Assembly: GCA_001871415.1 (NCBI GenBank)
Contig: MNWW01000067.1
Span: forward strand, 1-64,000
DNA length: 64,000 nucleotides
Source: Candidatus Woesearchaeota archaeon CG1_02_57_44
GTDB taxonomy: Archaea > Nanobdellota > Nanobdellia > Woesearchaeales > CG1-02-57-44
Direction of reading: 5' to 3'
How positions within the stretch are numbered: the stretch's first letter is position 1; each line of letters starts with the position of its first letter. Of this stretch, positions 18,505 through 29,029 are shown piece by piece. The position numbers and the translations under genes are program-made. A model generated the notes under the pieces. The model saw only the letters and a program-made list of their open reading frames with translations. It had not been told where the DNA came from and searched no databases.

Positions 18505-19490
18505 GTGGATAGATCCCATCTAGCGCAACTGGCAAGCCACCTTCTTGCCAGGCCGCCGGTCAAGGTCAGGATGGACGCGTGCAGCAGGTGTCAGTTGGCG
18601 TGCCCTTCCTGCCCGACCGGAAGGCGGGAGAACGCCAAGGGTATCGTGGGCTGGGGCGCCTTGTCCTTGCAGGACTTCATCTCTTTCTGCGAGCGCCATC
18701 CGCACGTACGTCATATCGAGCTCTCCAACTGGGGCGAATTGTTCCTGAATCCAGAGCTGGTGCCCATGATGCGCTACGCGCATGAGCATGGCATCTTACT
18801 GAACGCGCGCAATGGCGCCAACCTGAACACCGTCAGGCAAGAGGTACTGGCCGCCTTGGTGCAGCATCGCTTCCATGTCCTGAGCGTCTCACTGGATGGC
18901 GCGAGCCAGGAGACCTATGCGCAATACCGCAGGAACGGTGATTTTGACAGGGTCATCGCTCATGTCAAGACCATCAATGAGCACAAGGCACGAGCGCGCT
19001 CACGCTACCCCTGCTTCGCTGGCAGTTCGTCATCATGCGCCACAACGCACACGAGATCCCGAAGGCAAAGGCGATGGCGAAAGCGCTCGGCATGGAATTC
19101 CGGCCCAAGCAATGCTGGGACGCTACCCTGGCGCCCGTAGATTCTTTCGACATGATCTTCAGGGAGACCGGACTTGATGTCAGCAGCGCCCAGTATCCTC
19201 CTGCTGACAGGAGGATGGCAGTCCTTCCCTGCCTGCTGCTCTGGCACTCGCCGCAAATCAACTGGGACGGCAGGCTGCTCGGCTGCTGCGTCAATACCTG
19301 GCAGGACTTCGGGAATGTCTTCTCCGACGGGCTATCCGCCTGCATGGACAGCGAGCGCTACCAGCATACCAAGAAGATGCTGCAGGGCAAAGCGGGGCCG
19401 CGCGATGACATCCCCTGTGTGCGGTGCCCTCGTTTTGCAGGGATCAGCAAGCACCCGCTTCGCGCGCAAGACCTGCTTTTGCCCTTGTGA
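18505..19490 (+). pseudogene. radical SAM/SPASM protein split by a 1-nt frameshift near 19008-19011
   Basis: CQLACPSC and SLDG in one frame; WQFVIM..SPASM cysteines in another; adding one C restores RYPLLRWQF. Confidence 0.8.
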
Positions 19491-19574
19491 TTGACGCTGT
19501 TCCAGGTCCTTGATCGTGCTCTGCTCTGGTCGGCATTCACAAGACATAAAAGGAGCGGCGCTTCCACGGCATGC

Positions 19575-19916
19575 ATGATAGACTTCGCTTGCAAGCACTT
19601 CGAGCTGGATGAAATAATCCGCTGTGGCTTTGGTCTTACCAAGGGGGAGCTGCGCCTGCTGTATTCCCTGGAGTCCACAGAATGGCAGAGCGCTGAGGAT
19701 CTCGCAGGTACCCTGGGGCTGAGCACCAGCAGCATGCAGCGCTCGCTCAAACGGCTGACAGAGAAAGGTATCGTCGCGCGCAGGCAGATGAACCTCTCCA
19801 GCGGCGGGTATCAGTTCGAGTACCGGCTGCATACCAAGGAGCATCTGCGGGATGTTTTGGGCAGCATCATCGACGAGTGGGCCAAGGGCGCCAAGCGCGA
19901 GCTGAAGCAGTGGTGA
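19575..19916 (+). CDS. winged-helix transcriptional regulator (TrmB/MarR-like)
   Basis: C.FGLT..E, SAEDLA..LGLSTSSMQRSLKRL..KGIV.R. Confidence 0.85.
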   Translation: MIDFACKHFELDEIIRCGFGLTKGELRLLYSLESTEWQSAEDLAGTLGLSTSSMQRSLKRLTEKGIVARRQMNLSSGGYQFEYRLHTKEHLRDVLGSIIDEWAKGAKRELKQW

Positions 19917-19973
19917 GAGCGTAGTCATATGCGCACTATGCTGATGCGCAATAGGAATTCGTGACGGGTCATA

Positions 19974-21623
19974 TTACTCCCTATTCTTCTCCTTGCGCTT
20001 CTCCTCGTCAAGCCGCCCCAGAGCATAATCGTTCATGTCCACGCTGTTGGGCAGGTCCTTGAGGAACGGATGTATCGCTGCCGCCTGCTGCCACATGTCC
20101 TGGGCCACCTTGCGATAGCTCGGATGCCCCTGCGGCACGGAGCGCAATTCAGAGAACCAGAAGAGCGAGCGCAGATTGATGGTGATATACCAGCGCACCC
20201 GGAACGCCAGGGGTACGACGTACTGCGCCTCCTGGGGCATCATACGTGACATGCGACCGAAGGACCTGGCAGCGGTGTCCATTACCGCCTTGAAATCCTT
20301 GTCAACACCAGCAGCGACGACCTCCTCCGGCAGCACATAGCCATGCTCGACGGTCAGCAGCTGGCGCTCCTGCGTGAGCATGCGATGGCGGTGCAGGTCG
20401 CGGTACGCGCCGAAGTCCGCTAGTATATCAAAGGTGTAGAAGACATTCTCGAACGCGCGCGGCGGCTTGTGCCTGCGATTCTCCCTGCCTGCGACGCACG
20501 CGGCGATGATGCTGTTGCGTTCTGTGGTGGGTAATCGCCTCGCGTACTGGAGCAACGCCTCCAGCGGCAGATCCGTATGCTGATACAAGGCGTGAGCGAT
20601 GATCTTTTCTTCGGCGCGCTTGTCTGATTCGATGAGCTTCACGGTCGGCGCTGCGGCCAGCGATGACGGCGCGATGGTGGCTTTGGCTATCGACTCTGTC
20701 GCCTGCGCTGCTTGCGTCTTCAGCTGTCGCTCACGCTGCTGCAGGAACTGCTGCAGACTCGGGAAGTGCTTGTGCGATGGCTTGCAGCGACGAACAAAAC
20801 TCGGTATGGTCTTGTCCAGCTCCTGCTGCAATTCCTCTGCCAGTGACTCAATCTCAGCAAGTCCTGAGCAGCGCATGCACGCAATCAGATATTCAAAGAA
20901 GCGGCCATTGCCGAACACGCCCATGTTGGTCAGCGTCGACGCGGGCAGCAGACCGCGCAGCGCGTCGCAGGCGCGGGCGCGCACCGTGAATGCGTAGGCC
21001 TTCTCGCTCACGCCTTCTTCCTTCGGATAACGCTTGGTGAAAAACTCCTGCATCACCGGCATGAGCTTCGAGTAAGCGGCAAAGAGCGTATCGCAGGTCT
21101 GCTCATACGCCTGCGCGTGCTCGTTGTTGCCTGGCGATCGCGCCCTTCCCATCAGCTGCGTCGCGCGGCAGTACTGCCACCTGCTGTCGACCTTGTCGTC
21201 GAAATAGACATAGCGTGTGGACTTCTCCAATGGGCTGCCGCCGATGCGCCGGTCCTGGATGAATTTGGTCGCGATATTGCTGATCCCCTCTAGCGCGACA
21301 TGCGCTCCTCCGAGTTCACCGATGGAATCATCACCGTAGCCGTCGAGGATGCGATCATAGAACTCCTGCGCCTTCTTTATCGCGAGCGTCTGGCTGATGC
21401 CCGACTCCTCAGCGTAAGCCGCGATCTGGGAAAACCCGGTCTCGGGCGCGAGGATGAACTCGTCGAGCAGCAGGCGACGCAGGCCCTTCTGGCTCCTGCT
21501 GTAGCGCGAGAAGAGCGCTCCCTTGATGACCTCTGGCAGGTTCTGGAGCACGAACACGCGTCCGCGCATGTTGGAGACGAACCGCGAGAGCAGCTTCTCT
21601 TCCTCGAGGGTGAAGGCGTCCAT
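19974..21623 (-). CDS. thyX: FAD-dependent thymidylate synthase, two-domain type
   Basis: RYSRS, EKSTRY, RDLHRHR, ELRS..GH motifs. Confidence 0.9.
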   Translation of the reverse strand: MDAFTLEEEKLLSRFVSNMRGRVFVLQNLPEVIKGALFSRYSRSQKGLRRLLLDEFILAPETGFSQIAAYAEESGISQTLAIKKAQEFYDRILDGYGDDSIGELGGAHVALEGISNIATKFIQDRRIGGSPLEKSTRYVYFDDKVDSRWQYCRATQLMGRARSPGNNEHAQAYEQTCDTLFAAYSKLMPVMQEFFTKRYPKEEGVSEKAYAFTVRARACDALRGLLPASTLTNMGVFGNGRFFEYLIACMRCSGLAEIESLAEELQQELDKTIPSFVRRCKPSHKHFPSLQQFLQQRERQLKTQAAQATESIAKATIAPSSLAAAPTVKLIESDKRAEEKIIAHALYQHTDLPLEALLQYARRLPTTERNSIIAACVAGRENRRHKPPRAFENVFYTFDILADFGAYRDLHRHRMLTQERQLLTVEHGYVLPEEVVAAGVDKDFKAVMDTAARSFGRMSRMMPQEAQYVVPLAFRVRWYITINLRSLFWFSELRSVPQGHPSYRKVAQDMWQQAAAIHPFLKDLPNSVDMNDYALGRLDEEKRKEKNRE

Positions 21624-21704
21624 GGTGATTCTCTATTGGACTGTTGCATATCTATTCAATGGATGATGATAGGTGCGGATGCATTCTTGGTTCTTCTTAT
21701 CCGG

Positions 21705-22205
21705 TCATTTAGGAAGCTGTGCTAGGATCGCTTTGCAGAACGCGCCCAGGTCGTCGGGCTTCCTGCTGGTGATGAGGTTCTTGTCCACGCAGACCTCCTT
21801 ATCGACCCAATCTGCGCCGGCGTTCTGCATATCGTCCTTGATGGCGAAAAAGCTCGTCGCTCTTCTGCCTTTCAGGATGCCTGCCGAGCAGAGCAGCCAG
21901 CCGCCATGGCAGATGGCTGCTATCGGTTTTTTTTCTTTGTCCATACGCTGGACCAGTATGATAGCTTGTGCGCTGCGGCGCAAAAAATCAGGAGCCCAGC
22001 CACCGGGGATGATGATGGCATCGGCCTGGACATCAGTCAAGATATCGCCGTCGCTCTGGACCGGATAACCGTATTTGCCCTTGTAGGTCTTTTCGCCCAT
22101 ACCGAGCAGCAGGACATCATGTCCTTCTTCCTTCAGGCGATGATACGGATAGAGCACCTCCAGGTCCTGGAAGTCCTGCGCCACGAGTATGATGATCCTT
22201 GCCAT
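21705..22205 (-). CDS. pfpI: PfpI/DJ-1 family protein
   Basis: FQDLE, IPGG, AICHG, TSRKPDDL. Confidence 0.92.
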   Translation of the reverse strand: MARIIILVAQDFQDLEVLYPYHRLKEEGHDVLLLGMGEKTYKGKYGYPVQSDGDILTDVQADAIIIPGGWAPDFLRRSAQAIILVQRMDKEKKPIAAICHGGWLLCSAGILKGRRATSFFAIKDDMQNAGADWVDKEVCVDKNLITSRKPDDLGAFCKAILAQLPK

Positions 22206-22270
22206 GGTATGCACCCCCTGGAGACAGGACAAGTGAAAGTTATATAAATATTGTCCACGCCGGTCTACTG

Positions 22271-24196
22271 ATGGGTTATTTGGCTCGATGGGGGGTCATA
22301 AGAGTTTCCTGGCTATGCCCTGTGTTTTTGCTTCTCGGAGCTGTCGTCTTGTTCTTCTCTTTGTCGGTTCCTGTGAGCCTGGCAGCAAGTCCTCTTGATA
22401 GCACCGCCATGAGCATGACCGTGGATATCACGTCTGGATTGGCTTTCACGGGGACGCAACCGCTCGCGCGGCTTGATTCAGTAGAACTGAACCTCTCGCT
22501 CTGGCCAAGGACTGACTGGCGGCAAGTCGTGCAACTGGAGGGTGCACAGCAGCCCCGCGACGGGACCATCAACTACATATACACCAAACCTCCGGTCCGA
22601 GGCATCCCCCTCGCATTGCACGCGACCGTGGATACCACAGGGCTCTATCCCGCAGTGCGTCAGGGCGTGCCATTCCCCGCGCGATTCTTCCCCAATGATG
22701 TCGCTCCGTTAACGCTGCCGACAGAAGGCATCGACAGCGACAATCCTGCTGTGGCGGCTATGGCCCGGCGTATCACCGAGAACGCGACCGAGCTCTACGA
22801 GGCATTGCACCTGCTCGGCGGTTGGATCGAGGACCATATCAATTACTCGCTGGACACCCTGACTGCTGACGCCACCCAATTGCCGTCATGGGTGCTGGAG
22901 AAGCGCTACGGTGTCTGCGATGAGCTGACCGTGCTGTTCATCGCTATGGCGCGCTCGCTTGGCATCCCTGCGCGGTATGTTTCCGGTGTCGCTTTCACTA
23001 ACTACAATGATGTCAATGACTGGGGGATGCACGCGTGGGCCGAGGTGTATTATCCCGGTGCAGGATGGATCCCGTACGATGTCACCTATCATGAACTGGG
23101 CTATGTGGACGCGACGCACATAGCGCTGCGCAAGTCAGAGCGTGTCAATGAGCCGGGCGTGCAGGCCAACTGGCTCGGTTATGGTGTGGATGGAAGCCTG
23201 CTGCCAATCTCGGTCGCGGTGAAGGAGCTCTCCAGCGAGCGTGGGTCTCGGGCATCAATAGACGCATCGCTGAGCATGCTGGAGAGCAAGGTCGGTCCTG
23301 GCTCCTACAATCTGGTCCAGCTTCAGCTTCGCAATCCGACAGACAGCTATGTGCCGGTGTTCGTACAGCTCGCTCCTACCGAGGGTCTCGCCTATGAGAG
23401 TGCTCGTGAGGTCCCTGTCTATCTCCGGCCAGGCGAGCACAGGACGCTGTATTGGGTGCTGCGTGTCGATACGACGCTGCAGCGAGGCTATCGTGTCACG
23501 TTCCCGGTGCAGGCGCTGGTGGATGGCGCGCGGTACGAGACTTCTTTCGTGCTCGAGCAGGGCGGCGGCGTCCTGAGCAGGGACGATGTGCGCGCGTATA
23601 TGGTATCGTCCGCCACGCACGCCTCCACGGGCTTCTACTGCACACCTGATCAGGAGTTCTTCTACGATGATGAGGACATCGCTCTATCCTGCTCAAGTGA
23701 TACGCAGGTCTGCCTTGAGCAGCGATGCCCTGCACCAGCCGACGGCGGGTATCATTTCACGCTTCCCGCGCATGACGCTGGCTATGCACCGATGCATTTC
23801 ACTGCTGGCAGCAGCGCCGTGGACCTCGCGGTGAAGGTCGTCGCTTCGCCTTCTGTCAGCATCGAAGGGCTGCGCGCCGTCAGCGGGGGATTCGGCGACG
23901 CGGTCAATGTGACATTCTCCCTGATGCCGTCGTCGGCGCCGCAGGACGCGCGGTTCACTGTTTCGATCAATGGCAATGATGTGCATGACGGTCCTGTCCC
24001 TGGCGCGCTCGAGCAGACGCTGAGCATCCCTTTCACCTTATTGCAGGAAGGGGAGAATGATGTTACCGTCAAGACTGCGTGGCAGGATGCAAGGGGGCGA
24101 GAGTATGAGGATTCAGAATCGGTGATAGTGACGCTCGGTCCGTACAGCTGGTGGGAGCGGGTCAAGTGGTGGTTCATGCGGATGATGGGTGGGTGA
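22271..24196 (+). CDS. secreted/anchored transglutaminase-like domain protein
   Basis: Signal peptide; GVCDE, HAWAEV, WIPYD catalytic triad motifs. Confidence 0.9.
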   Translation: MGYLARWGVIRVSWLCPVFLLLGAVVLFFSLSVPVSLAASPLDSTAMSMTVDITSGLAFTGTQPLARLDSVELNLSLWPRTDWRQVVQLEGAQQPRDGTINYIYTKPPVRGIPLALHATVDTTGLYPAVRQGVPFPARFFPNDVAPLTLPTEGIDSDNPAVAAMARRITENATELYEALHLLGGWIEDHINYSLDTLTADATQLPSWVLEKRYGVCDELTVLFIAMARSLGIPARYVSGVAFTNYNDVNDWGMHAWAEVYYPGAGWIPYDVTYHELGYVDATHIALRKSERVNEPGVQANWLGYGVDGSLLPISVAVKELSSERGSRASIDASLSMLESKVGPGSYNLVQLQLRNPTDSYVPVFVQLAPTEGLAYESAREVPVYLRPGEHRTLYWVLRVDTTLQRGYRVTFPVQALVDGARYETSFVLEQGGGVLSRDDVRAYMVSSATHASTGFYCTPDQEFFYDDEDIALSCSSDTQVCLEQRCPAPADGGYHFTLPAHDAGYAPMHFTAGSSAVDLAVKVVASPSVSIEGLRAVSGGFGDAVNVTFSLMPSSAPQDARFTVSINGNDVHDGPVPGALEQTLSIPFTLLQEGENDVTVKTAWQDARGREYEDSESVIVTLGPYSWWERVKWWFMRMMGG

Positions 24197-24222
24197 GCGA
24201 GGTTCAGGTAATGTGGGTCCCG

Positions 24223-24483
24223 TTACCTTCGTCCGTACGCATGACATTGCCAGACGATGATGCAGAACTCCACGAAGCATAGGCCGTTGAGGATGAGGAT
24301 AGGGAGGTTCCTGATCTCGATGCCGTAGAGGATCCAGATGAAGGCGCCGATGGCCAGCAGGATATAACTGCTGACCGCGATATCTTTTGCACTCCTGGTC
24401 CTGAAGATCTTCACAATCTGGGGGACATTGGCGAAGCCCATAATCGTCCCTGTGAGCGTCGCCAATGTCGCGAGAATGGTCAT
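24223..24483 (-). CDS. SemiSWEET/PQ-loop transporter
   Basis: PQIVKIFRTRSAKDI, W..YG, N; 86 aa with 3 TM segments. Confidence 0.9.
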   Translation of the reverse strand: MTILATLATLTGTIMGFANVPQIVKIFRTRSAKDIAVSSYILLAIGAFIWILYGIEIRNLPILILNGLCFVEFCIIVWQCHAYGRR

Positions 24484-24535
24484 AAGGACAGACGCGGCAT
24501 AGGGACTGATAAATGTTTGGGTGCAGTACTGGCTT

Positions 24536-24808
24536 TTACTTCAGAATAGCGTAGCCCTGCACCATGATATCCGCGAGCTTCTCGCCTCGCTCGGTCAGGC
24601 GCAGCAGCTTGAGGCGTCCTTGCTTATTGAACTTGATAAGCCCTGCTTTCTCGGTCTCCTGCAATATCTTGACCACGTGCGAATACGTGCAATCAATCTG
24701 CTTGGCGATGGTGCTGGCATAGACCTCACCCTTGGCGTTGCGCAGCGCGATGAGCATCATGGCGGGTTTCTCACGAAAGAAGATGTCGAATACGTTTCTT
24801 TTTGCCAT
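24536..24808 (-). CDS. winged-helix DNA-binding protein
   Basis: YASTIAKQIDCTYSHVVKIL...GR...LTERG. Confidence 0.88.
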   Translation of the reverse strand: MAKRNVFDIFFREKPAMMLIALRNAKGEVYASTIAKQIDCTYSHVVKILQETEKAGLIKFNKQGRLKLLRLTERGEKLADIMVQGYAILK

Positions 24809-25055
24809 GGACCCACCTAGTGACTCTAATGGTTATGTTTAAAGATGGCTATTGTATATAAACATTTCGATAGTGGATACGAATTGGCGTACGTGAACTT
24901 TTTATGGAGGTAACCTATGAAGCTTCTGTGCACGAGGGACCCGCTGCATCTCTAGTGCGCTGTGCCTCTGCTCATGCTGCGTGCGGTCTGTGCATCCAGC
25001 CGTTCATGCATAGGAGGCCCTGGCCTCAGGACAAGGGAGCATCGTGAGGAACGCG

Positions 25056-26888
25056 CTATGCTCTTGTCAGCTTGATATCCGCCTTGCCTTCCACGGCTTC
25101 TGTGAGAAGCTTTCCCATCTTGTGGTCTTTGCGTATCTTGATTGCGCCGTTGTTGCTCACTTTCGCGCTCATCAGGAAATCGCCGTCCACGTAGATGTTC
25201 AATGAGTTGCCTTTGGGCACGTCCGGGAAGAACTCGACCATACGCTTGCTCATCTTCGTCCTGAACGAGACTGTTGCCTGCCCCTCAGCGTTTTTGTTTT
25301 TTTTTACTGAGCCGCTTGATTGCAGTTCCTCGATATCGATGCTGATGCCCAATGCCTCTTCGATGCGCTGGATGTTCTCGCCGCCCTTGCCGATGACGCG
25401 CGCGATGCAGTCTGCCGGGAGCCTCACGACCGCCTTGTTGTCAGAGACCACCTCTGCCTGCGCGCGGTCAGAGTACTTGAGGAAGAAATCCTCCACAGCC
25501 GCTGATGCCAGGCGATGTGCAGGCGGCTTTGCGCTTTCTCCCTTGACCGGAACTACCACAGTCTCTTCGCCATAGGAGTACAGCTCGTACTCTGGCTTGT
25601 TGGTGAGAAAGTCAGTCACAACCACAATGGGCCTTGCCAGATCCGCTTCAGTCATACCAGCAGGCACCTTGACCTGCATGGAGAGCGAGAGCACTTTTCC
25701 GACCATACCGTTCTGTATGAAGATGACCGTATCGACGACCTGGGGTATGACGCCAAGCTCAATCCTGCCCACGAAGCGCTGGATGGCGTCGACGGCCTTT
25801 GTCGCGTGCACCACGCCGATGAGACCGATGCCGGAGAGCCGCAGGTCGGTGAACAGCATGAAATCCTTGGTGTTGCGCATCTCATCGAAGATAGTGTAAT
25901 CGGGCCTGCTGAGCAGCAGGATGTCATGCACTTCCTCAGGCGTGCCGTGGCTGATGGCGTACTGCGTTATGGCCTCTGGCAGGATCAGGTCCCTTGGCGC
26001 TTCCACAGTCTTGATGACCTTGTTCATGCCGAGGTAGAACTCGGCCAGCGCCTGCGCGAATGTGCTCTTTCCCTGTCCTGGCGCGCCAGCGATGAGGATG
26101 CCTTCCGCTTGCTCACCGATGCGTTCCTTGAGCTTATCAGCAAGTTTATAGTCGTCCATGCTCAGGCGCTTGACCGGGCGCACGGCGGTTATCTCCCAGC
26201 CGTCAGAGAACGGTGGCTTGGTGATGACTATCCTGTAGGAGCCTAGCTGGATAATAGTACTACCCGGCCTATCTATCTCCACGAACCCGTCAGAGCGTGC
26301 CGCGGCGGCCTCGATTATCTCCTGCGCGACTTCCCTGACATCATCCTGTGTCAGGAGCTTCTTGGCGAGCTCGACAAATTCCCATTCTCCTGGTTTTCCC
26401 TTCTTCGCCTTGGGGGTCGTTCCTTCGCGCAGGTGCACGCTCATGGTCTGCTTGTCGAAATAGGAATCCAGCTGTATCTTCTCTTTCACCGGCAGGTCGA
26501 GCAGGACAACCTTCGCGCCCTTGGCCAATGATACCTGGTTTTGCACCTTATCCGCTGTTACTAGCAGGGCGTCGGACTCAAACGCGTACTGGCCGATGAG
26601 CGCGTCTATCTCGCCAAGGCCCGCATGCTCTATCTCTGACGCGTTCGGCCTGCGACCAGCGAACTCCAGGGTGAAGTTGAGCTTCTTGCTGAGCTCGCGC
26701 AGGCGTTGAATTTCTCTGAGCCCCAGAAAACCCATGGTACGGTTCTGGCTGGCCTGGTGCTGCAGCTCAGCCATCACTGCTTCATGGATGATGATGGTAT
26801 CAGCTTTCATGGTGCTGCCAAGCAGGTGGCTAAGCAGACCGTCTATGATGACACTAGTATCAGGGACAATGCGTTCGTAGGATTCCAT
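25056..26888 (-). CDS. PIN-ATPase-KH protein (PINA, Holliday-junction branch migration ATPase family)
   Basis: PDTSVIIDG PIN domain, GAPGQGKST, DEMR, KH motif IGKGG. Confidence 0.93.
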   Translation of the reverse strand: MESYERIVPDTSVIIDGLLSHLLGSTMKADTIIIHEAVMAELQHQASQNRTMGFLGLREIQRLRELSKKLNFTLEFAGRRPNASEIEHAGLGEIDALIGQYAFESDALLVTADKVQNQVSLAKGAKVVLLDLPVKEKIQLDSYFDKQTMSVHLREGTTPKAKKGKPGEWEFVELAKKLLTQDDVREVAQEIIEAAAARSDGFVEIDRPGSTIIQLGSYRIVITKPPFSDGWEITAVRPVKRLSMDDYKLADKLKERIGEQAEGILIAGAPGQGKSTFAQALAEFYLGMNKVIKTVEAPRDLILPEAITQYAISHGTPEEVHDILLLSRPDYTIFDEMRNTKDFMLFTDLRLSGIGLIGVVHATKAVDAIQRFVGRIELGVIPQVVDTVIFIQNGMVGKVLSLSMQVKVPAGMTEADLARPIVVVTDFLTNKPEYELYSYGEETVVVPVKGESAKPPAHRLASAAVEDFFLKYSDRAQAEVVSDNKAVVRLPADCIARVIGKGGENIQRIEEALGISIDIEELQSSGSVKKNKNAEGQATVSFRTKMSKRMVEFFPDVPKGNSLNIYVDGDFLMSAKVSNNGAIKIRKDHKMGKLLTEAVEGKADIKLTRA

Positions 26889-27123
26889 AACCTTGCAGGA
26901 GGTGAACTGGTATATAGAGGTTTCGCAGAAAGATGTTGAACTGAGGTCATTGAACGTCTTGCTAGCAGTACCTTGGCGAGAACGCCGGCAGGTGCGGTCA
27001 GCCGAGCAAATTCTGCGGGAATTGAAGATTACTGCTGTTATTAGCTATGCTGTCTACAGTCCTGTGCATAATCCGCTTCAGCTCGGACACAGAAATATGC
27101 TGAGGCCTGTTACTCATCGGTTT

Positions 27124-28995
27124 TCAGAGGTTGTCACGTCGACGCAGGGCGCTTGGATCCAGCTCACCTGCCTCGATGCGGGCTCGCAGAAGATCGTCCA
27201 GATCAGCAGGTGTCACACCTTCCTCCCGTGATATCCTGTTACCGTGGCTGTGCTCTGCCCTGCCGCCCCTGATCCGATGCGTGAGCGTCATAGTGTCATC
27301 GGTATCCGGGACAATCTCGGCCTGCATATTACGCGCATGCGGCCAAGCACCGGTTTGCACCTGAGCGGATATCTCATGCAAATGCGTTATGAACACTGTC
27401 GCAGTTCTGACTGCGTAGGCATAGTCTATCAGTGCGCAGGAATCATCTACACCGCTCTTGCTGTCTGTCCCGCCGCAGGGCTCATCGAAGAGCAGGGCGT
27501 CTTGTGGACCAATAGCTTGGCATATGCGTCTTGCCCGTGCCAGCTCCGCGCGATGGCGGCCCTGACCCTTTTCTATCTGATCTGTCGAAGCAAAATGTGT
27601 ATAGAGATCCCGCACAGGTCGTCCGATACGCACAGACTGCGCCGGGCACATGAACCCTGCCTGGGCGCTGATAAGCTCGAATCCCCAGGTCTTGCCATAA
27701 CAGCTCTTGCCGCCATCATTCGGGCCTGTGATGACCAGGAAATTATCCTGCTCGCCCATGACCAAGTCGTTGAGCACGTATGGGCTTCCTTTCTGCGTCT
27801 CCTGCCATGCGACCACCGGATGCACCATGCCGCGCATCTCCATGCCCTTTCCTTCACCCACCACAGGTCTGCATATCGGTATCCCAAGGGATTCATAGAC
27901 GCTATACACGTGGCCGAGCGTCGCGTACAACGAGAACTGCTCTTTCATGCCACTCGTCAGGGCATCACAGAAATCAGGGAGCGTCTCGAAATCAAAATCC
28001 AGGGCAGATTGCACGATGTGACCGATGTCTGAGCTCACCAGCCCTTGCACCCTTCGCAAGATGGCCGGGGCATCAACCCCTGTAGTGATGGTTCTGTCAG
28101 CGTTCGGGACAGCTGCCATCAGCTGCTCGAGCTGCGAGCCTGGAGGCAGCATGCCCAGCTCGGTCACCCCAGAGACACCATCGCGAAGATTCAGCGTGAA
28201 GCCCACCACGTACTGGGCGCCGCCTTGTAGGAGCTCGACATTCTGTGCCCAGCATCGGTATTCCTCGTGAGCCTGCACCTGTCGGAAAAATGTACGAACA
28301 TCCTTCATCCCCTGGCTGTCCATGGCATCGAGCGCTCCTGAGAATTCCCGTATGGCATCGTCGAGGACAAGATAAGAACGTGGCAGGTTCCACCAGTCAG
28401 TGTAGATGAATCGGCCATGATCGTCTCGCAGACGGCGCTTATTGTAGTCTCTCTGGTACGCTTCATAATGGAGCTTGGCCGCCATCTGTACCTGTGTGTG
28501 GAATGTCGTCAGGGCGCCCAGTATCTCCGGATGTCGTTGTATGTCCTCTTGCACATCGAGACGATAGTTGATGACGTCCACATCAGTAGTATATGTCCTC
28601 AAGGCATGCATGAGCCGGGGGCCGCCTTGGCCGATGAGATTATTGGGTCTTTGTAAATATCCTCCACTGTCCCTAGTCGCGCCGGTGAAGTGCGCATCAA
28701 AAGCCCCCAGGCTCAGGTCGTCGGCAAAGCGGCTTCGCAATTCAAGGCGCGGCCATTCCTCTGCAAGAACTCTTCTCCCGCCTTGGTGCCTGAGCTGTTC
28801 GTAGTCGCGGTCAGAGGGTCCTAGCTGGGTTATATCAGGAAACAACAGCTGTGTGACAGGTCTTGAGTTGTCGAATGATATCGTGTATGCACGTTCCATG
28901 CGATCGGCAGAAAAATGCAGCAATCTAAAAATGTTGTGGGCGTCTGCGCAGAGCACCTTGTCACTATGCGTCGGCGCCGGTATCGTCACCCTCAT
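27124..28995 (-). CDS. MutS-family ATPase (domain V, divergent N-terminus)
   Basis: HPVV, ITGPNDGGKS, LFDEPCGGTD, ITHLH. Confidence 0.87.
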   Translation of the reverse strand: MRVTIPAPTHSDKVLCADAHNIFRLLHFSADRMERAYTISFDNSRPVTQLLFPDITQLGPSDRDYEQLRHQGGRRVLAEEWPRLELRSRFADDLSLGAFDAHFTGATRDSGGYLQRPNNLIGQGGPRLMHALRTYTTDVDVINYRLDVQEDIQRHPEILGALTTFHTQVQMAAKLHYEAYQRDYNKRRLRDDHGRFIYTDWWNLPRSYLVLDDAIREFSGALDAMDSQGMKDVRTFFRQVQAHEEYRCWAQNVELLQGGAQYVVGFTLNLRDGVSGVTELGMLPPGSQLEQLMAAVPNADRTITTGVDAPAILRRVQGLVSSDIGHIVQSALDFDFETLPDFCDALTSGMKEQFSLYATLGHVYSVYESLGIPICRPVVGEGKGMEMRGMVHPVVAWQETQKGSPYVLNDLVMGEQDNFLVITGPNDGGKSCYGKTWGFELISAQAGFMCPAQSVRIGRPVRDLYTHFASTDQIEKGQGRHRAELARARRICQAIGPQDALLFDEPCGGTDSKSGVDDSCALIDYAYAVRTATVFITHLHEISAQVQTGAWPHARNMQAEIVPDTDDTMTLTHRIRGGRAEHSHGNRISREEGVTPADLDDLLRARIEAGELDPSALRRRDNL

Positions 28996-29029
28996 CCATC
29001 ATACCGTGAATGGCTCATTCTCCTTCCCT

